Origin: Octopus bimaculoides
Taxonomy: Eukaryota
Direction of reading: 5' to 3'
Length of the DNA: 54,757 nucleotides
Assembly: GCF_001194135.2 (NCBI RefSeq)
Contig: NC_068990.1
Location: forward strand, 59,996,199 to 60,050,955
Shown piece after piece: positions 48,268 through 54,757 of this stretch (the first letter of the stretch is position 1; every line of letters begins with the position of its first letter). The notes beneath the pieces were generated by a model. It was given only the letters and a program-made list of their open reading frames with translations. It was not told the origin of the DNA and ran no database searches. The position numbers were made by a program, and so were the translations under genes.

Positions 48268-48490
48268 GTCTTTTCTACTCTAGGCACAAGGCCCGAAATT
48301 TTAGGGGAGAGGAGCCAGTCAATTAGATTGACCCCAGTACACAACTGGTACTTAATTTATTAACCCCGAAAGGATGAACGGCAAAGTCAACCTCGGTGGA
48401 ATTTGAACTCAGAACGTAAAGACAGATGAAATACCAGCAAGCATTTTGCCCGGCATGCTGTTTCTGCCAGATTGCCACCTTACCTATAAT
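47512..48490 (-). mobile_element. Head-to-tail array of four family A SINEs (a fifth, partial copy near 48600-48700)
   Basis: Four ~215-235 bp units; long (AAT)n at 48197-48267. Confidence 0.9.
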
Positions 48491-49105
48491 AATAATAATG
48501 ATATCATTTGCCTGGTCCTGGTGTACCACCAATGTTTCTTTCAATGATTCAACACCACACCACAGTAGCTTACAGGTAATTGTTTTCTAAGACCTGGAAG
48601 CATATGAAAGACAAAATTGACCCAGCAGGGATTTGAACTGTGAACTGAACAGGATGAAATTAAATACTGCAAAGCATTTTGTCTAGTGTTCATCTTCCTC
48701 AGTCATTTCCACCATCCTTAATGCACTGTACATTAAGATAGCATTGCTCCTATATTGCCCAGTAGAGAAAGTAATGGCTTTGATATTGATTTGACAGTAT
48801 TTATTTGATTTTCTTTATGTCATAAGTATAAAATGTTTTGTAATATCTAACATGGGAATTCACTTTGATCTACCACACCAAAGATCTATCAAATTATGGA
48901 GATCCTGGGAAAAATATTATCTTGCTTGTTTATGAAGAGTATAATACTCATATTCATACAGACATATATCCATACATGAACATGTATATAAATGTGTGTG
49001 TGTATATATATATATAAATATTTATATATGTGATATATGAATATGTATGTATGTATGTAAGTATGTATGTATGAATGTGTATATATATATGTATATATAT
49101 GTATG

Positions 49106-49168
<63 letters not shown>

Positions 49169-50652
49169 ATATATATGTATACATGCATACATATTTAGAT
49201 ATATCTGTACATATGTATACATACATATATATATATTCATATATGTACATATGCAATACATGCATACATGGACACATATGCATGCATATATACATAGATA
49301 TATATATACTTATATATGTTTATATATAGGTACACACACACATATGTGTGTGTATACATGTGTGTATATGTGTGTACGTGTATACATAATCTGGCCAGTC
49401 ATTAAAGTAGATTAGTTTCTGCCAGTTGCTTGGGTATTTTTTCTCCATTCAGACATTCAGAGAGAGAGAGAGAGAGAGAGAGGGAAGAAAGAGAGAGAAA
49501 GGGGGGGGGGAGAAAGAGAGAGAGAATAAGAGAGACAGGGAAATAAATCGATAGAGCTTCCTTATCATGTACCTTATCAATATTACCTATAAGTGGTAGC
49601 TGTATTCAACAAGATATATCCTATGGTATACCCATACATGCCAACCATCTCCATCTGCTCGGGATTGAGATTTAATCATACACTGAATGGACTCTAACAA
49701 CAGTAGATTTATTCATTTGTCTTACCTCCTTTTCTTCTCTTTTTTTCACTTTTCCCCTTTCTTTTTCTTTTGTGTCTTTTCTTTACAATTTCAGATGATG
49801 TTATCCTTCTATTGGTATAATCACAAAATATAACCAATAAATAGTGTGTAAATATATGTCTTTCAAACAAATATGTATACACATGCACACACACACACAC
49901 ATACATACATATATATATATATATATNNNNNNNNNNNNNNNNNNNNNNNNNNNNNNNNNNNNNNNNNNNNNNNNNNNNNNNNNNNNNNNNNNNNNNNNNN
50001 NNNNNNNNNNNNNNNNNNNNNNNNNNNNNNNNNNNNNNNNNNNNNNNNNNNNNNNNNNNNNNNNNNNNNNNNNNNNNNNNNNNNNNNNNNNNNNNNNNNN
50101 NNNNNNNNNNNNNNNNNNNNNNNNNNNNNNNNNNNNNNNNNNNNNNNNNNNNNNNNNNNNNNNNNNNNNNNNNNNNNNNNNNNNNNNNNNNNNNNNNNNN
50201 NNNNNNNNNNNNNNNNNNNNNNNNNNNNNNNNNNNNNNNNNNNNNNNNNNNNNNNNNNNNNNNNNNNNNNNNNNNNNNNNNNNNNNNNNNNNNNNNNNNN
50301 NNNNNNNNNNNNNNNNNNNNNNNNNNNNNNNNNNNNNNNNNNNNNNNNNNNNNNNNNNNNNNNNNNNNNNNNNNNNNNNNNNNNNNNNNNNNNNNNNNNN
50401 NNNNNNNNNNNNNNNNNNNNNNNNNNNNNNNNNNNNNNNNNNNNNNNNNNNNNNNNNNNNNNNNNNNNNNNNNNNNNNNNNNNNNNNNNNNNNNNNNNNN
50501 NNNNNNNNNNNNNNNNNNNNNNNNNNNNNNNNNNNNNNNNNNNNNNNNNNNNNNNNNNNNNNNNNNNNNNNNNNNNNNNNNNNNNNNNNNNNNNNNNNNN
50601 NNNNNNNNNNNNNNNNNNNNNNNNNNNNNNNNNNNNNNNNNNNNNNNNNNNN

Positions 50653-50760
<108 letters not shown>

Positions 50761-50792
50761 TAGATAGATAGATAGAGAGATAGATAGATATT

Positions 50793-51167
50793 TGGGGGTA
50801 AACTAGAAGTAGTTGATAGCTTCCGTTACCTAAGTGACCAAGTCAGTAGCAAGGGTGGATGTTCTGAGAGCATAGTTACTAGAATAAGAATAGGCTGGGC
50901 AAAGTTCAGACAGCTCTTACCTCTGTTGGTAACAAAGGGCCTCTCACTCAGAGTGAAAGGCAGACTGTATAATGCCTGTGTATGAACAGCCATGTTACAT
51001 GGCAGTGAAACATGGGCTGTGACTGCAGAGGACATGTGTAGGCTTGTAAGAAATGAAGCTAGTATGCTTTGCTGGATGTGTAATGTCAGTGTGCATGGAC
51101 AACAGAATGTAAGCATCCTGTTGGGCATAAGAAGCATCAGATGTGGCATGCAAGAGAGATGACTGCA
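50793..51167 (+). mobile_element. RTE LINE RT C-terminal fragment
   Basis: [73 protein letters not shown]; internal stops. Confidence 0.9.
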
Positions 51168-51275
51168 GGTTTAAAAATTGCATATTGTAGTTGATTTGTT
51201 TGACTAAACCCTTCAAGCCTTAGCACAACTGCCACTCAATGAGCAAACCAAGTGAAGGATATATATGCATATATA

Positions 51276-52542
51276 CACAGACATGCAGGAAGTAAATAGA
51301 CATCATTAATTTTCAAAATCTTTTATTTAATACACAAAGTGAACAATTGAAATGTAATCGATAGGTAGGACTACATACTTTAGTATTTAGTTGACATTCC
51401 CTTTTTCAGTTATAAATTTAGAAACTCTTTCTGGTATTGAACTGATGAGCTTTGTAATTGTCTCTTGTGGAATTTCTGCCCACTTTTCATGCAACAATCA
51501 AAACAATTCATCTTTAGATTTAGGTTTCTGTCGAGTTTTTCGTATAGCTCTATCTAGTATGCTCCATAGATTTTCAATTGGGTTCATGTCAGGAGATTGA
51601 CTCATCCAAGGAAGCTTTTTGATCCCGTCAGCCATTGCTGATTCTTTTTCGCTGTGTGGCATGGAACCCCATCTTCCATGAATAAAAACTTATTTTCCGT
51701 TATGTTATCGTGTGAATACATCGGAGGTAGTCCTTGCTTAAGTATTTCGATGTATTTTTCAGAGTTTATGGTTCCAACACATTCTATTTATTCAGAACGA
51801 CCATTGATGGTGACAGCTCCCCATACCATTACGGAGATACCACCATGTTTCACAGTTGGTTGGTGTCGTTTTAAATCAAATTTTTAATTGAGAAGCCTCC
51901 AGACCCAAATACGTCCACTGTCTGAAAATAATGCAAATCTGGATTGATCTGAGGAAATCACTCTATCCCAAAATGAACTGGATTTTTCTGACATCTCCTT
52001 AGCCCATTTCTTTCTTTTCATGATATTAATTGGTTGAAGGAGAGGTTTTCTTCTAGCTGCTCGTCCATAATACCTAAGTTTATGCAGATATGTAACACAC
52101 ATTTTTGGACTAACTTCTAGCTATTTTGCAATGTCAGAAGTCTTTGAATGGGGTTCATTTTCCACATTTCTCTTCAAACAGTGAAGCTTCCTTTCCAAGG
52201 GCCCAGATTGGCTGGGATGAGAATCTGTTGATTCTTTTCCTTGACTTTTGAATTGCATTATAATTCTATTAACAGTAGCAAGAAGAAATTGAAGATTTTC
52301 GGCAATTTTCAGCTGGCTAAGACCAGCCTCAGATTGCCCAACAATACGACTTCTTTCAAAATCTGACAGTTCTGCTGAATTTTTTGTGCGTGGCATGGTT
52401 ACTCTTCGCAAATGTTTAAAATAATGGCACCTGGAATGAAAAAGAATAATTACATTGTAAATTCTACACCGCTGAAAACATATTAAGATGCTCAGATCAG
52501 AAATTTTCAAAATTAAAGGTATTTACTTCCTGCATGTCTGTG
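51276..52542 (-). mobile_element. Full-length Tc1-like transposon, transposase pseudogene
   Basis: TIR cacagacatgcaggaagtaaata (51276-51298, preceded by TA) and its reverse complement (52520-52542); [67 protein letters not shown]; frameshifted. Confidence 0.95.
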
Positions 52543-52559
52543 TGTGTGTGTATATATAT

Positions 52560-52770
52560 ATATCATCATCATTGTTTAACATCTGTTTTCCATGCTGGTA
52601 TGGATTGGACATCTTCACTGGGATGTAGCAAACCAGAAAGCCACACCAGGCTCCAAACTGATTTGGCAATGTTTCTACAGCTGGATGCCCTTCCTAATGC
52701 CAACCACTCCAAGTGTGTAGTGAGTGCTTTTTACATGCCACCAGCACAGGAGCCAGTCAGGCGGTGCTGG
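52560..52770 (-). mobile_element. RTE 3' tail
   Basis: (CAT)n then ttccatgctgg...ctggatgcccttcctaatgccaaccac. Confidence 0.8.
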
Positions 52771-52990
52771 CATATATATACATATATGTATATATATGTA
52801 TGCATATATGTCATTCACTTGTTTTGCTAATTGAGTGGCATACATACATACATACATGCATGCATGCATACATACATACATACATACATACATAAACACA
52901 GACATACATACATACATGCACACACACACACTCACACACACATACATACACATGCATATATATATATATATGTATGTATCTATGTATGTG

Positions 52991-53036
<46 letters not shown>

Positions 53037-53694
53037 TACATACATGCATACACATACGCAAATACACATACATCCATACAGATATATACATATATATATA
53101 TATATATACATACACACATACACGTGTGTGTGTGTGTGTATGAAGTTGGTGTTCATTGAAAAATTGTTACTTGAACATGTGCACTGCTTCTTGTTGTTGT
53201 GCATGATGATGATGATGAACAACATGGCATTAGCTCATTTTAAATGGAGCTAATAAGTCTTCATTTTAGCTTGCATGAATTTGCTTCATTATTTTGACAA
53301 ACTATAAAATGTAGTTACAGCCCTTAAACTTCATTTTATACACACACACACTCTCTCTCTCTCTCACTCTCTCCTTCTCTCTCTCTTACCCTCTCTTTCT
53401 TTTCTCTTTCCCTACCTCTCCATCTTTATAATTTACTCACACATGTGTATTGATTAAATTTCAACAGAAGCCAAACTTTTTGCTAAAATTCAAAGTTTGT
53501 TTCATAGATATCTATAAATTTGAATAAATCAACCCAGTGCCTCATTTCTAAAGTCTGGTACTTATTCTATTGGCCTCTTTTATTGAATCACTTATTTTCA
53601 AAGAGGGAAACATCAAAACTGGTTGTCAAGCTATGGTGAGGGGATAACACAAATGTAAAAGCATTCACACACACGCACGCACATACACACACAC

Positions 53695-53733
<39 letters not shown>

Positions 53734-54059
53734 CAAATATATATATATGTTAGAAAATATAGTCCCCGTAACTTAGTGGTTCCGCAAAAGACACCGATAT
53801 AATAAGTACTAGGCTTCCAAAGAATAAGTCCTGGGGTAGATTTCTTCAACTAAATGTGGTGCTCCAACATGACCGCAATATATATATTGGCACCCGTGCC
53901 AGTAGAGTGTTAACAGCACCATCCAAGCAGGATCATTGCCAGAGCAGCTGTCTGGCTTCCATGTTGGTGGCACGTAAAATGCATCATTTGAGCATGATCA
54001 TTACCAGCGTCGCCTTACTGGCACTTGTACTGGTGGTATGTGAACAAAACATTCGAATG

Positions 54060-54507
54060 AAAAACAAACGTTCCAAAGCATTTAGAGTGGAGTAAGAACC
54101 TACAGAATTAGTCCCTAGAGCAGTGGAGGAATGTTATTTTCTCAGATGAGTCATCTTTTACCTTATTTCCGACCGCCAAAAGAAGCATTTGATTCAGACT
54201 GCTTTCTTCCAACTGTTAAACATGGAGGAGGATCTGGTGTGGGGGGNNNNNNNNNNGGCATAACTTGGAAATCTGCTGGCCCAATGTTTCCCTTCATGGC
54301 AGAATTGATAGTCAAGACTATTTAAGCATTTTATCTGATTAAATTCATTCTATGGTTGCAGAACTGTTTCCAGAAGAAAACGCAATCTTTCAGGATGATA
54401 ATACACCAATTTACACAGCTAAAGTTGTCACTGAATGGCACAAGAAACATTCTAGTGAAGTTGAACATCTTATCTGGCCACTACAGCCCCCAGATTTCAA
54501 TATTATT
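54060..54507 (+). mobile_element. Tc1-like transposase remnant with 36-residue D-to-E spacing
   Basis: EQWRNVIFSDE, PTVKHGGGS, FQDDN...WPLQPPDFNII; cut off at the position of the catalytic Glu. Confidence 0.9.
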
Positions 54508-54757
54508 GATGTAGGAGAGAAATGTGTTCGCATGGATGATGGTACGCTTGCATTAAATGAGGATGCAAAGAAAGAGGTCTGGAGATGCCACTACGATAGA
54601 TTGCTTAATAAAGAGAATGAATGGGAGAAAGAGAGCCTGCCTTATGTCGACCCAATAGAGGGACCAGCTATCCGAGTTGATAGTACCAGGGTAGATAAAG
54701 CAATTAAGAGTATGAAGACCGGGAAAGCCCCCGGCCCATCAGGAATCACTGCAGAGA
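54508..54757 (+). mobile_element. 5'-truncated RTE LINE ORF, open to the window end
   Basis: DVGEKCVRMDDGTLALNEDAKKEVWRCHYDRLLNKENEW...AIKSMKTGKAPGPSGITAE, the segment preceding the RT core; no stops in 83 codons. Confidence 0.9.

Overview
AT-rich, microsatellite-dense eukaryotic DNA from a gapped short-read assembly (nine N runs, nearly all flanked by simple repeats). The repeat complement (three abundant tRNA-headed SINE families, RTE LINE 3' tails ending in (GAT)n, Tc1/mariner, hAT and piggyBac-like MITEs) points to an octopus genome, probably intronic or intergenic; the species call is an inference. No intact, recognisable host gene, RNA gene or CRISPR array is present. The window is a layered transposon graveyard: a ~2.3 kb decayed Penelope-like element (RT plus GIY-YIG), two Tc1 elements with both TIRs, a third Tc1 remnant with DD36E spacing fused in frame to an RTE LINE at the window end, four mariner remnants, a hAT transposase remnant, two REL-endonuclease LINE remnants, a possible CR1 remnant, two head-to-tail SINE arrays and nested MITEs. 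The most interesting signals not explained by the ORF track are three minimal type I hammerhead-like motifs (one with an intact core inside an inverted repeat), several long fold-back structures between 31 and 45 kb, an inverted duplication that captured a SINE tail, a possible decayed C2H2 zinc-finger array and a few isolated exon-like segments. All identities were estimated by eye; no database search was run.
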